DNA from: an uncultured Alphaproteobacteria bacterium
GTDB lineage: Bacteria; Electryoneota; RPQS01
Reading direction: 5' to 3'
Assembly (NCBI GenBank): GCA_964406405.1
Contig: CAYORN010000004.1
Coordinates: 136,163-200,162, forward strand
DNA: 64,000 nt
In this document: piece by piece, positions 46,278 through 54,802 of the stretch
How the letters are laid out: the number at the start of each line of letters is the position of its first letter
Position numbering within the stretch: position 1 is the first letter of the stretch
Position numbers and translations under genes: made by a program
The notes under the pieces: generated by a model
The model's database searches: none
Seen by the model: only the letters and a program-made list of their open reading frames with translations
Told to the model about the DNA's origin: nothing

Positions 46278-49200
46278 ATGAAGATATTTGCGAGGGTTTT
46301 AGCAAGCATGGCTGTGCTTATCTTGGGTCAAACCACTTTTGGCCAACTCTCGGGGCCCTTAAGTGGAGTGCTCGGACCGGGGACGTTCACTGTAGTTGGC
46401 CAGTGCACAGTTAGGGCAGGCAACTCTCTTACCGTCAGACCCGGCACAACGCTAAGGGCCAATGGTCCGTACGGGTTGCATGTCTATGGGAACCTTCAAG
46501 CAAACGGCACACAAACGCAGCCAATCGTTCTCACTGGAATTGGGTGGTGGGGGTTAAAAATCTATACAAACAGTTCCGGCAATTCTTTACAGTACTGCCA
46601 AGTATCCGGTTCGGTCAGGTCGGGAGTCGTCTGCTATGGCTCGGCGGAATTAACACGTTGTACAGTCTCTTCGAATACTGCTCCCGCAGGGAGTGCGACC
46701 TACGGTGGCGGCGTCTGGTGTCGGCAAGGTTGCTCAATGACCTTTTTTGGCTGTTCGATCATGGGCAACACCGCCTGGCAAGGAGGTGGAGTCAGTGTGT
46801 GGAATGGATCCGTAACTTTTTACAACAGCTTGATTTCGGGCAATCATGCAGACAATGTAATTGGTGGTGTGGATCTTCAAGGTGAAGGTGCGTTCATTAA
46901 TTGCACCATCGTAGACAATTCAGCACCCTACAATGTGGGGGGACTGAGCATATGGGGTAGCGACTCTCACTTGTTGAGTTCGTCTGTTATCGCAAATAAC
47001 TCGGGCCCCACAGGGGGAATAAGGGGTTGGAGCGGTGCTGCAATGCAGATTAGGAATTGTGACTTCTTTGGTAATTCCGGAGGCAATTTTTCGGGAACGC
47101 TGCCTTCAGGTCTTGGGCAGATTGTGACAACTAATCCCAATGGGGATCCATGCGATCAGTACCAGAATATTTTCCTCAACCCACAGTTCATAGGTGGCGG
47201 GGATTATCATCTGAGCAACGCCAGTCCTTGTCTCGGCGCAGGAGATCCATCTGATGCACCTTCGACTGACATGGACGGGCATGCTCGTCCATGTCCGCCC
47301 GGAGCGCGTCCAGACATGGGTTCCTACGAAACACCAAATTGCACGTACGGTTGCCCGGATGGTTCGATTAGCGGGGTGGTGAGGAATGAGCAGAATAATC
47401 CGCTAAACGGAGCCGCTATCACGTTGCACCGTATTGATCAGTGGGCGCTGAATAGAACGGTTTATTCGGACGGCAGCGGCGCGTACTCGCTCACGAACGT
47501 CGCGGCGGGCACATACGAAATCTGGGTTTCGAAGACAGGGTACATTCAGATTACTCAGACAAATTGGACAATCGGTTGCAATGAGCCGCAGACGCTCTGG
47601 TTTACGATGCATCCGTTAGACTTCTCTATTAGTTCTGTTGATGTCTTTCAAACAGTGCTGTATTTCCAGCCGGAACCCTTGATTGCCAATAAGGCCACTG
47701 TGGTCATTGTCCCGATCAGCAACCCCAATCACATCAACGGATATGTGCGAGCGCGATTGACGATGAAGGATAACGGAGTTCCGGTGCCGGGATTCGAGCC
47801 AATGACCTCGTCGGTGTTTTGGGTGAAGCCGTCATACTCAGTTCAAGACGCCGAGAACTGGACTGATGCTCTCTACTTCACTATTATGCCGCCTCCGCGC
47901 GACCACATCACCTTTGAAGTTCAATTGCTTAGTGAGGATGGGACACCTCATTCCGCACCGATCCAGAGTGCCGAACACAGATTCGTTCGTTCACGCGACC
48001 TCACACTTAGGTTCATTCCGATTACCACCGCAGACCACAGAAACTGGTACCAAACTTTCTCTAACACGTATATGAATTCCACTTCTGATCGTCTTCGTGG
48101 CATGCTCCCATACAGCAACATTAACTTTAGCCTGTCCGGGACGCCAGTTGGGGTGCTATCTTCGTCCACTGATCCGCTTGTCCTAGGCGAGGTGCGTCTG
48201 AACATGATGGCATGGCTTGCGCTAAATGGAATTGTCAGCGCTGATGTGTTCTATGTTTGCATGATGCCCACCTGGTCAATTGATCCATCGAATCCGGGGT
48301 TAATCGGTCAGTCAGGTAGACTGTGCCTCCCCTTTGACGCCGGTCGGTTCCTGCCACTACGATACTGCGTATTTGTTGGAACTCAGGCTGACGCCGATAA
48401 TCCCGTCAACGCATCAGTGGTCGCGCACGAACTTGGGCACTCGATCGCTGGCTTGAATCTCTGTGAGGAGTTATACCAACCGGGAGTTTGCGAACGCCCA
48501 TCCCGCCCATGTGAACTCGATTTCTGGGGGCTCAACACGCACCCAATGTCCACGTGTACCCTTGACCGCATGAGTCTCAAATCGGGTTCCGGAAGTCACG
48601 ACATCATGACCGATGGCGCCGCATGGGGATTCTGCAATACATGGGTGCGTTGGGATTCAACTTATAGGAAGTTCAAGGAACTTGCTTTAGGCTGGCTCCC
48701 GCCGCTTAAAGATAATATTCGCCTAGAAGACGCTGGCCCATACTGTGTCATCTCTGGCATTGTCGCACGTGATCACAGTGCTGCGCCTTTGTTTCAAGTG
48801 GAAAACTTCGCTGGTGAATACACGCCTGTTCTACTGGATTCAGGAGTGTTTCATGCTGACTGGTATGACGCGGAATGGAATACGCTTTTGCAGACTCTCT
48901 ATTTTGATCCCGTGTTTGAGCGGCGGGAAGGATTGCTGGATTACGCCGATTTCTTCATTGTGACTTCGCGACCGGCGAATGCGCGGAATATGATTCTGTA
49001 TGACGGCGACACGGAAGTCGGGAGGATCACGGGGACAGGAGCGGTGCCACAGGTTTCACTTGCCGCCCCAAACGGCGGCGAATCGCTCTTAGACAGCACT
49101 ATTGTGAGATGGACGGCAAGCGATGCCGATCTTGACTCACTGCAGTTTGATGTGTTCGCTAATCGCGACGGCGGGAATTGGGAACCGCTGGCGATGGGAA

Positions 49201-50459
49201 TACGAGATACGTTTTTGGTGTGGCATGTCAACTATTTTCCCGGAACCAACGCCGGGCGAGTGAAGGTGGTGGCCTCTGACGGCTGGAACAACAGTGCGGA
49301 CTCGAGTGATGGGACGTTCACGGTGGCGATGCATAATCCGGTGGCGCACATCGAATCGCCACAGGATACGGCGACGATTCTCGCAAGTTCGTATGTCTCG
49401 CTTTCAGGGCAGGCGAGCGATTTGGAAGATGGGAATATTCCTTATGACAGCCTGTCCTGGAATGACGGGGCGAATCCGGTGGGAATTGGGAGTCTGATCC
49501 AAGTGGACAGTTTGGCTCCCGGATTGCACACGATCACGCTGATGGCGATTGACCGCGACGGAAATGCGGGGTATGCCTACGCGCACGTGAATGTGCTGGC
49601 GGACAACGATCGCGATGGGATGAGCGATGCATGGGAAGCGGCACATCACCTCGACACGACACGGAATGATGCGTATGCGGATTATGACCTCGATGGATTG
49701 ACGAATGGGCAGGAATACAATCTCGGAACGTTCCCGGATAATACGGATACCGACAACGACGGGCATACCGACGGCGAGGAGGTCGCACGCGGCTCTGATC
49801 CGCTCGATGCCGCGTCCATTCCCACGACCGTGTCGCTCACGAATCCCACGGCTATCAGCTCTATCGGCACGCTGGGATTCAATGATCCGGTGATCTTCAT
49901 CTGGAGTGCCTCGTCGGCGGATGATTCGCTGCGCCCGATTCGTTACGAGGTGCAAGTGGATGCCGATCCGAATTTCTCGAATCCGCTCGTGATCTTTGCA
50001 GACACATTGCTCAGCATAACCTCGCCGTGGCAACTCTCGGTGGGCTTGACTTACTCATGGAAAGTGAAAGCAACAGACCTCTACGGACACTGGGTGTGGA
50101 GCAACATAGCGACGTTTACGCGCGGGCACAATCCACAAGTTCCGGTACGGGTCACAGACTTGACGGCGCAGGTGGTAGGCGACACGCTGTGGCTGCATTG
50201 GAGTCCGGTGACCGTGGATACGAGCGGGAATCCGGTCACGGTGGGATTGTACATCATTTCGGCGGCCCCGGCGGTGGACGCGGAGTATCTGCCGATTGCC
50301 TACACGACGACGAATGCATGGACGGACACAGCGGCATTCAATCTTGAATGGCCGACGTGGTTCTACGTTGTCGAGGGGAGCACAGATCAAAATCCGCCGC
50401 AAATTTTTTCACGGCGCAACTGGCCGGGGATGGAACAAATGCGGCGTACGAGGGATTAG
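46278..50459 (+). CDS. Giant secreted multidomain protein: N-terminal parallel beta-helix, CarboxypepD_reg-like domain, HExxH metalloprotease-like region, Ig-like modules, thrombospondin-type-3 Ca-binding repeats and a C-terminal FN3-like domain
   Basis: 1393 aa with signal MKIFARVLASMAVLILGQTTFG and beta-helix repeats (...GGGVWC, GNTAWQGGGVSV, SGNHADNVIGGVDL, VDNSAPYNVGGLSI). Also GSISGVVRNEQNNPLNGAAITL...YSLTNVAAGTYEIWVSKTGY, then VVAHELGHSIAGL (HExxH) and DNDRDGMSDAWE...DYDLDGLTNGQEY...DTDNDGHTDGEE. Confidence 0.8.
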   Translation: MKIFARVLASMAVLILGQTTFGQLSGPLSGVLGPGTFTVVGQCTVRAGNSLTVRPGTTLRANGPYGLHVYGNLQANGTQTQPIVLTGIGWWGLKIYTNSSGNSLQYCQVSGSVRSGVVCYGSAELTRCTVSSNTAPAGSATYGGGVWCRQGCSMTFFGCSIMGNTAWQGGGVSVWNGSVTFYNSLISGNHADNVIGGVDLQGEGAFINCTIVDNSAPYNVGGLSIWGSDSHLLSSSVIANNSGPTGGIRGWSGAAMQIRNCDFFGNSGGNFSGTLPSGLGQIVTTNPNGDPCDQYQNIFLNPQFIGGGDYHLSNASPCLGAGDPSDAPSTDMDGHARPCPPGARPDMGSYETPNCTYGCPDGSISGVVRNEQNNPLNGAAITLHRIDQWALNRTVYSDGSGAYSLTNVAAGTYEIWVSKTGYIQITQTNWTIGCNEPQTLWFTMHPLDFSISSVDVFQTVLYFQPEPLIANKATVVIVPISNPNHINGYVRARLTMKDNGVPVPGFEPMTSSVFWVKPSYSVQDAENWTDALYFTIMPPPRDHITFEVQLLSEDGTPHSAPIQSAEHRFVRSRDLTLRFIPITTADHRNWYQTFSNTYMNSTSDRLRGMLPYSNINFSLSGTPVGVLSSSTDPLVLGEVRLNMMAWLALNGIVSADVFYVCMMPTWSIDPSNPGLIGQSGRLCLPFDAGRFLPLRYCVFVGTQADADNPVNASVVAHELGHSIAGLNLCEELYQPGVCERPSRPCELDFWGLNTHPMSTCTLDRMSLKSGSGSHDIMTDGAAWGFCNTWVRWDSTYRKFKELALGWLPPLKDNIRLEDAGPYCVISGIVARDHSAAPLFQVENFAGEYTPVLLDSGVFHADWYDAEWNTLLQTLYFDPVFERREGLLDYADFFIVTSRPANARNMILYDGDTEVGRITGTGAVPQVSLAAPNGGESLLDSTIVRWTASDADLDSLQFDVFANRDGGNWEPLAMGIRDTFLVWHVNYFPGTNAGRVKVVASDGWNNSADSSDGTFTVAMHNPVAHIESPQDTATILASSYVSLSGQASDLEDGNIPYDSLSWNDGANPVGIGSLIQVDSLAPGLHTITLMAIDRDGNAGYAYAHVNVLADNDRDGMSDAWEAAHHLDTTRNDAYADYDLDGLTNGQEYNLGTFPDNTDTDNDGHTDGEEVARGSDPLDAASIPTTVSLTNPTAISSIGTLGFNDPVIFIWSASSADDSLRPIRYEVQVDADPNFSNPLVIFADTLLSITSPWQLSVGLTYSWKVKATDLYGHWVWSNIATFTRGHNPQVPVRVTDLTAQVVGDTLWLHWSPVTVDTSGNPVTVGLYIISAAPAVDAEYLPIAYTTTNAWTDTAAFNLEWPTWFYVVEGSTDQNPPQIFSRRNWPGMEQMRRTRD

Positions 50460-50581
50460 TTTCCCCCCTATGATCCCCCCACTGCGTAGGGGGAGATAAG
50501 AAAAAACAAGCCCCCCAGTCAGTGACTGGGGGGCTTGTTATCGGTGATCGGTGACAGGTGAGCTTACTTCATGCTGGCCAG
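50460..50581. repeat. Direct repeat copy 1 flanking hicAB; includes a G/C-tract element, a 14-bp-stem hairpin and an 18-nt remnant of the S8 peptidase 3' end
   Basis: Matches 51384-51529 over most positions: ...ccctatgatccccc...gtagggggagataagaaa.aacaagccccccagtc.gtgactgggggg...ttacttcatgctggc.ag. Hairpin caagccccccagtc/gactggggggcttg lies at 50507-50537. Positions 50564-50581 (ttacttcatgctggccag) duplicate the last codons plus stop (LASMK*) of the gene ending at 51512. Confidence 0.8.
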
Positions 50582-50589
50582 ATACCCTC

Positions 50590-50625
50590 TTGACTTTATC
50601 ACTCTGAGTAACTATATTTAGTTAC
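50590..50625 (+). promoter_or_regulatory. Candidate hicAB promoter with an overlapping palindromic operator
   Basis: TTGACT-17 nt-TATATT (50590-50618). The inverted repeat gtaacta-tatt-tagttac (50608-50625) spans the -10, a plausible HicB (RHH) autoregulation site. Confidence 0.5.
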
Positions 50626-50634
50626 ATTCAAGGA

Positions 50635-50895
50635 ATGGACATGTCCCAACGGGAGAAACTTCTAAAAAGGCTGAGCGAGCGTCCGAAAGACTTCACATGG
50701 GATGAAGTGGAGTCGCTCTTAGGCTCGCTCGGTTACAAGAAGATCAAGACCGGACGAACGTCCGGCTCACGACGGCGGTTCGTCCACGAATCAATGGCGC
50801 CAATCATCCTCCACGAGCCGCATCCGCAGAACATCTTGAAGCAGTATCAGATCGAGTTGATCATCGAGGCATTAGAGAAGGAAGGAATCCTGTGA
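50635..50895 (+). CDS. hicA: Type II toxin-antitoxin system HicA family toxin
   Basis: ...KDFTWDEVESLLGSLGYKKIKTGRTSGSRRRFVHESMAPIILHEPHPQNILKQYQIELIIEALEKEG is the HicA pattern (GS.RRF...H.PH....L). The second ATG at 50641 has better RBS spacing (AAGGA). Confidence 0.85.
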   Translation: MDMSQREKLLKRLSERPKDFTWDEVESLLGSLGYKKIKTGRTSGSRRRFVHESMAPIILHEPHPQNILKQYQIELIIEALEKEGIL

Positions 50896-51305
50896 AAGCA
50901 CCGCTTGAATACAAAGGATACAGCGGAACGGTCAATTACAGTTCCGAAGATAAAGTCTTCTGGGGTAAGCTCGACGGCATCCATGCAACCGTTTCTTACG
51001 AAGGGCATGATGCGAAATCGCTGGAGAAGTCCTTTCGTGATTCTGTAGATGACTACTTGAATCTCTGTCGCAAGGAAGGTATTGAGCCGGAGAAACCCTA
51101 CCGCGGCACCTTTAACGTCCGGCTGACACAAGATCTTCACCGGAAACTGGCGGACTATGCGCGGTCGAAAGACATGAATCTAAACAGCGCAGTAAAGGCC
51201 GCCGTTGAGTCGTTCTTGCATGAGGGAAAGAGCCAAAAACGTCGCAAAAACCTCAGTGCGGGGGGTCGCCGAGCGGGATCGGTGGGTCCCGATCATCGCA
51301 AATAA
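50892..51305 (+). CDS. hicB: Type II toxin-antitoxin system HicB family antitoxin (RHH C-terminus)
   Basis: LEYKGYSGTVNYSSEDKVFWGKLDGIHATVSYEGHDAKSLEKSFRDSVDDYLNLCRKEGIEPEKPYRGTFNVRLTQDLHRKLADYARSKDMNLNSAV is the canonical HicB pattern. 4-nt overlap with hicA. Confidence 0.85.
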   Translation: MKAPLEYKGYSGTVNYSSEDKVFWGKLDGIHATVSYEGHDAKSLEKSFRDSVDDYLNLCRKEGIEPEKPYRGTFNVRLTQDLHRKLADYARSKDMNLNSAVKAAVESFLHEGKSQKRRKNLSAGGRRAGSVGPDHRK

Positions 51306-51383
51306 ACGGACAAGAGACTCCGCACAAACGCCCTTTCCAATTTTCTCATTTGGGTTAGCTTCATTTTATTTCCCCCATCTAAC

Positions 51384-51529
51384 TTCCCCCACCCCCTATG
51401 ATCCCCCAACCCCCTTAGTCCCCCTACTGAAGTAGGGGGAGATAAGAAACAAACAAGCCCCCCAGTCGGTGACTGGGGGGTAGTTGTTATCACTGGTTTG
51501 GTAACGGACGGTTACTTCATGCTGGCGAG
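51384..51529. repeat. Direct repeat copy 2 flanking hicAB (includes the functional terminator and the true 3' end of the S8 gene)
   Basis: See 50460-50581. A related C-tract stretch extends the element left to about 51369. Confidence 0.8.
51441..51480 (-). terminator. Rho-independent terminator of the S8 peptidase gene
   Basis: 10-bp stem ccccccagtc/gactgggggg (51458-51480), followed on the minus strand by CTTGTTTGTTTCTT. Confidence 0.7.
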
Positions 51530-53374
51530 CAGCTCGGCGGAGCGCTTGGGGTTGATCAGCTTGACCGGGCGTTCGCCGGCGGTCTTGGGATCGCAGCCGT
51601 CTATGATTAACTGGCGCACCTGCGCGGAGGTCAGCTTGGGATTCATCGCCCAGAGTTTCCCCGCAAGATTCACGACGTTCGGCGAGGACATCGAGGTGCC
51701 GCTGAGCTTCATCTGATCGCCGCCGGGGACGTAGCTCATGACTTCGAAGCCGTTCGCATACACGTCCACCTTGCCGAAGCTGGTGAAGCTGGTTTCTTCG
51801 CCGGCCTGATCCACCGCGCCCACGGTGAGCACGTTGGGCAGCTCGAAGGAACTCGGATAGAACTCCTCGAACTTCACGTCGTTATTCGAGTTTCCGGCGG
51901 AGGTGATGAACAAAATATCCGGCGCGTTCTTGATCGCGTCGAACAGGGCGACGCGGGTGATTTCAAAAATCTCGCGCGCCTTGGCCTTGCGCTCATCCGG
52001 CGTCTCGCCATAGTTGTTTCTTTCGAGCGCGTCTTCCACGCTGGCGAGGCTGTTGCCCCAGCTCATGTTGACCACGCGCACGCCGTTCTGCTTGAAGTAC
52101 GCGACGGTCTCCTGCTCGGCCTTGGCTTCCTTGTTCGCCAGCTCGACGGTCGGCAGCTCGGGCATCACGTGATAATCGAACGTAATGCGCGCCGCGAGCA
52201 CCCGCGCGAACGGATTGCCGTGCATGGCGATGCCGGCTACGTGCGTGCCGTGGCAGTAGTTGCCGTACTTGCCGACATTCTCCCAAAAGTCCTTCATCGA
52301 ATCCTGCGGCAAGGTGGAGATGATCTTCTTGAAGTCCGCGGCTTCCAGGCTTTCCACGCCAGAGCCGACGTCTTCCAGCCCCTTCATCAGGCGCTGCAAA
52401 CGCGGGCGATCCTTGGACACATCGCCAATCGGGAAGAGCAGCGGAACGTCCTTGTCGGAGTGCAGCGTCCAGGCGATGCCGTGCACGTCGTCCACGAAGC
52501 CGTTGTTGTCGTCGTCCTTGCCGTTGGCGGGGACCTCTTTCGTATTGGCCCATAACTGGTCTTTGAAAATATCCGTGTCCACGCCGGAATCCCAGACCGC
52601 GAGTACGACCAGACTCTTTTTGTCTTCTTTGGCGAAGGTGACTTCGCGACCCGCCCAAATGTTGGGCTTGACCACATCATGCGCGGACAGGTATTCGGTG
52701 TACACGGCGGCGGCTTCTTCCTTGAGCGGAATGAACGTGCGAACGGACCACGCCTGACTCAACAGGCCGGTGGCGATGTCCTTACTCATCTCGCCCTCGC
52801 TCTTGTCAAGCACGGGCTGCACGGCGGACTCGATCATGCCGAACATCATCGGCTGGGAGACGATTTCCGCGTTGCCCTTGTTCTGCTTGATGATCGCTTC
52901 GCAGTCTTTGTAATCCAGACCGTCGAGCAGCTTTTTCAACTCGGCACGAAACACCGGTTTGATGTCGCCGCCCTGCTTCTTGGCGGCGATATACGCCTGC
53001 GCGAACATGCCGGTCGTGGCCTTGATCGAAGTCTTGTCTTCCAGTTCCTTGCGTTTTTGCAGGTAGCTGAGATAGAGGTCGTAGTTCCCTTCGAGCAGCG
53101 CGATCGTGCTCAGGTTGGCGTAGAAATCCTTGAGCGTGGTCTTGTCGGCGATCTCGTACTTGTTCAGATCGTCTTCGAGGTCTTTTTTCACTTCGCCGGC
53201 GAGCTTCATCAGCGCGGCGTCGTTCTGAATCACTTCCGTCGCCTTCATGTTCACCTTGTAGGTGTGACGCGGCAGATCGTCGAGTTTTTCGATCTTGATC
53301 TTGCCCTCGGCGAACGCGGAACCCATCCACGTCAGTAGCGCCAATGCCAGCAGTCCAGCCAAACATTTCTTCAT
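51512..53374 (-). CDS. Secreted S8 family serine peptidase
   Basis: 620 aa with signal MKKCLAGLLALALLTWMGSAFA and the triad motifs AVWDSGVDTD, HGTHVAGIA and GTSMSSPNVVNLAG. Confidence 0.9.
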   Translation of the reverse strand: MKKCLAGLLALALLTWMGSAFAEGKIKIEKLDDLPRHTYKVNMKATEVIQNDAALMKLAGEVKKDLEDDLNKYEIADKTTLKDFYANLSTIALLEGNYDLYLSYLQKRKELEDKTSIKATTGMFAQAYIAAKKQGGDIKPVFRAELKKLLDGLDYKDCEAIIKQNKGNAEIVSQPMMFGMIESAVQPVLDKSEGEMSKDIATGLLSQAWSVRTFIPLKEEAAAVYTEYLSAHDVVKPNIWAGREVTFAKEDKKSLVVLAVWDSGVDTDIFKDQLWANTKEVPANGKDDDNNGFVDDVHGIAWTLHSDKDVPLLFPIGDVSKDRPRLQRLMKGLEDVGSGVESLEAADFKKIISTLPQDSMKDFWENVGKYGNYCHGTHVAGIAMHGNPFARVLAARITFDYHVMPELPTVELANKEAKAEQETVAYFKQNGVRVVNMSWGNSLASVEDALERNNYGETPDERKAKAREIFEITRVALFDAIKNAPDILFITSAGNSNNDVKFEEFYPSSFELPNVLTVGAVDQAGEETSFTSFGKVDVYANGFEVMSYVPGGDQMKLSGTSMSSPNVVNLAGKLWAMNPKLTSAQVRQLIIDGCDPKTAGERPVKLINPKRSAELLASMK

Positions 53375-53427
53375 TCCGTGCTCCGATTTCCTATATTGAA
53401 TGAACCATTGTCCGCGACAATTTTCTT

Positions 53428-53456
53428 AAAATAGCAATTTCTCCTCAGATTGTCAA
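53428..53456 (-). promoter_or_regulatory. Candidate promoter of the S8 peptidase gene
   Basis: The minus strand reads TTGACA-17 nt-TATTTT. Confidence 0.4.
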
Positions 53457-53516
53457 CTCGGTTGATAATGCAAGTCTAATAAGCACAAATCTTTAATCTT
53501 CAGATGTACCTGTGAG

Positions 53517-53545
53517 TTGAAACTGGCGTCCATTCCTTGTATATT
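53517..53545 (+). promoter_or_regulatory. Candidate promoter of the aminopeptidase gene
   Basis: TTGAAA-17 nt-TATATT, about 55 nt upstream of the ATG at 53600. Confidence 0.45.
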
Positions 53546-53599
53546 GCAGTCCTTCAATTTCCTCTTCCGTTTTACCAAACACCTTTCCAGAGACATACC

Positions 53600-54730
53600 A
53601 TGGCAGATCCCCGTTACGGTGAGCTCGCGCGCGTGCTGGTGCACCATTCTATCAGCTTGAAGCCGGGCGAAAAGGTGCTGATTGAAGCGATTGACGTTCC
53701 TCACGATTTTACCGCCGCGCTGGTGCAGGAAGTTTGCGACGCGGGCGGCCTTCCGGTCGTGGAGCTGAAGCAGCAGTACGTGCTGCGCAAGTTGTACATG
53801 AATGCGACGCCGGAGCGCATGCATCTGATTGCGGATTGCGAGTTGTATCGCATGAAGCAGATGAACGCGTACATCGGCGTGCGCGGCATTTTCAATTCCA
53901 AGGAACTCTCCGACGTGCCCGCCGAGAAGATGTCGCTCTACGAGACGCTCTGGTTCACGCCGGTGCATCACGGCCAGCGCGTGCCCTCGACAAAGTGGGT
54001 GGTGCTGCGCTTCCCGTCGCCGCAGATGGCGCAAATGGCGAAGATGTCGCTGGAAGCGTTCGAGAATTTCTACTACGACGTGTGCACCAAAGTGGACTGG
54101 AAGAAGGCCGAAGAGGCGATGAAGCCGGCCGTCGAGTTCATGAAGCAGACCGACCGCGTACATATCAAAGGCCCCGGCGAAACCGATCTGAAATTTTCGA
54201 TCAAAGGGATTAACGTGCAGCCGTGCGGCGGACATTACAACATTCCCGATCTGGAGGTTTTCACCGCGCCGGTCAAGGACTCGGTGGAGGGCGTGATTCA
54301 CTACAACGCGCCGTCCTCGTATCGCGGGTTCACCTTTGAGAATGTCCGCCTGCGGTTCGAGAAGGGCAAGGTTGTGGAGGCGACGGCGAACGATACGCCG
54401 CGGATCAACAAGATTTTCGATACGGATGAGGGCGCGCGCTACGTCGGCGAATTCGCGCTGGGGTTCCACCCGTACATCATGGAGGCGATGGATGACATTC
54501 TGTTTGACGAGAAAATCTGCGGATCGTTGCACTTCACGCCCGGCGCCTCGTATGAGAAGGAGGCGGACAACACGAACCGCTCAGCGATTCACTGGGACCT
54601 GGTGCTGATTCAGCGCCCGGAGAAGGGTGGGGGGGAGATCTGGTTCGACGACAAGCTGATCCGCAAGGACGGCACGTTTGTGCATCCGGCGTTCACGGCG
54701 ATGAATCCGGAAAACTTGCGCATGAAATAG
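53600..54730 (+). CDS. M29 family aminopeptidase (AmpS/PepS-like)
   Basis: MADPRYGELARVLVHHSISLKPGEKVLIEA... with ...EGARYVGEFALG and ...HFTPG......NRSAIHWDLV, which are typical M29 blocks. Start set to the ATG at 53600. Confidence 0.9.
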   Translation: MADPRYGELARVLVHHSISLKPGEKVLIEAIDVPHDFTAALVQEVCDAGGLPVVELKQQYVLRKLYMNATPERMHLIADCELYRMKQMNAYIGVRGIFNSKELSDVPAEKMSLYETLWFTPVHHGQRVPSTKWVVLRFPSPQMAQMAKMSLEAFENFYYDVCTKVDWKKAEEAMKPAVEFMKQTDRVHIKGPGETDLKFSIKGINVQPCGGHYNIPDLEVFTAPVKDSVEGVIHYNAPSSYRGFTFENVRLRFEKGKVVEATANDTPRINKIFDTDEGARYVGEFALGFHPYIMEAMDDILFDEKICGSLHFTPGASYEKEADNTNRSAIHWDLVLIQRPEKGGGEIWFDDKLIRKDGTFVHPAFTAMNPENLRMK

Positions 54731-54751
54731 GGCTTTGAGCGACGAAATGGG

Positions 54752-54787
54752 AACGCCCCGGTGATGAGCCGGGGCGTTTTGTTTTGC
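54752..54787. terminator. Bidirectional hairpin terminator between convergent genes
   Basis: 10-bp stem aacgccccgg/ccggggcgtt with a 7-nt loop, followed by TTGTTTTG on the plus strand. Confidence 0.75.
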
Positions 54788-54802
54788 GGAAGAAAGTGAA
54801 AG

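Noticed and set aside
53453-54532. Long antisense or alternative-frame ORFs opposite well-supported genes. Examples: 53453-54532 (-), 60081-61907 (+), 35807-36838 (-), 11586-12788 (+), 13606-14643 (+), 15566-16426 (+), 30850-31962 (+), 43776-44822 (+).
   Set aside because: Their translations are Arg/Ala/Gly/His-rich low-complexity strings with no motifs. The opposite strand encodes proteins with clear family signatures. This is typical shadow-ORF behaviour in high-GC DNA.
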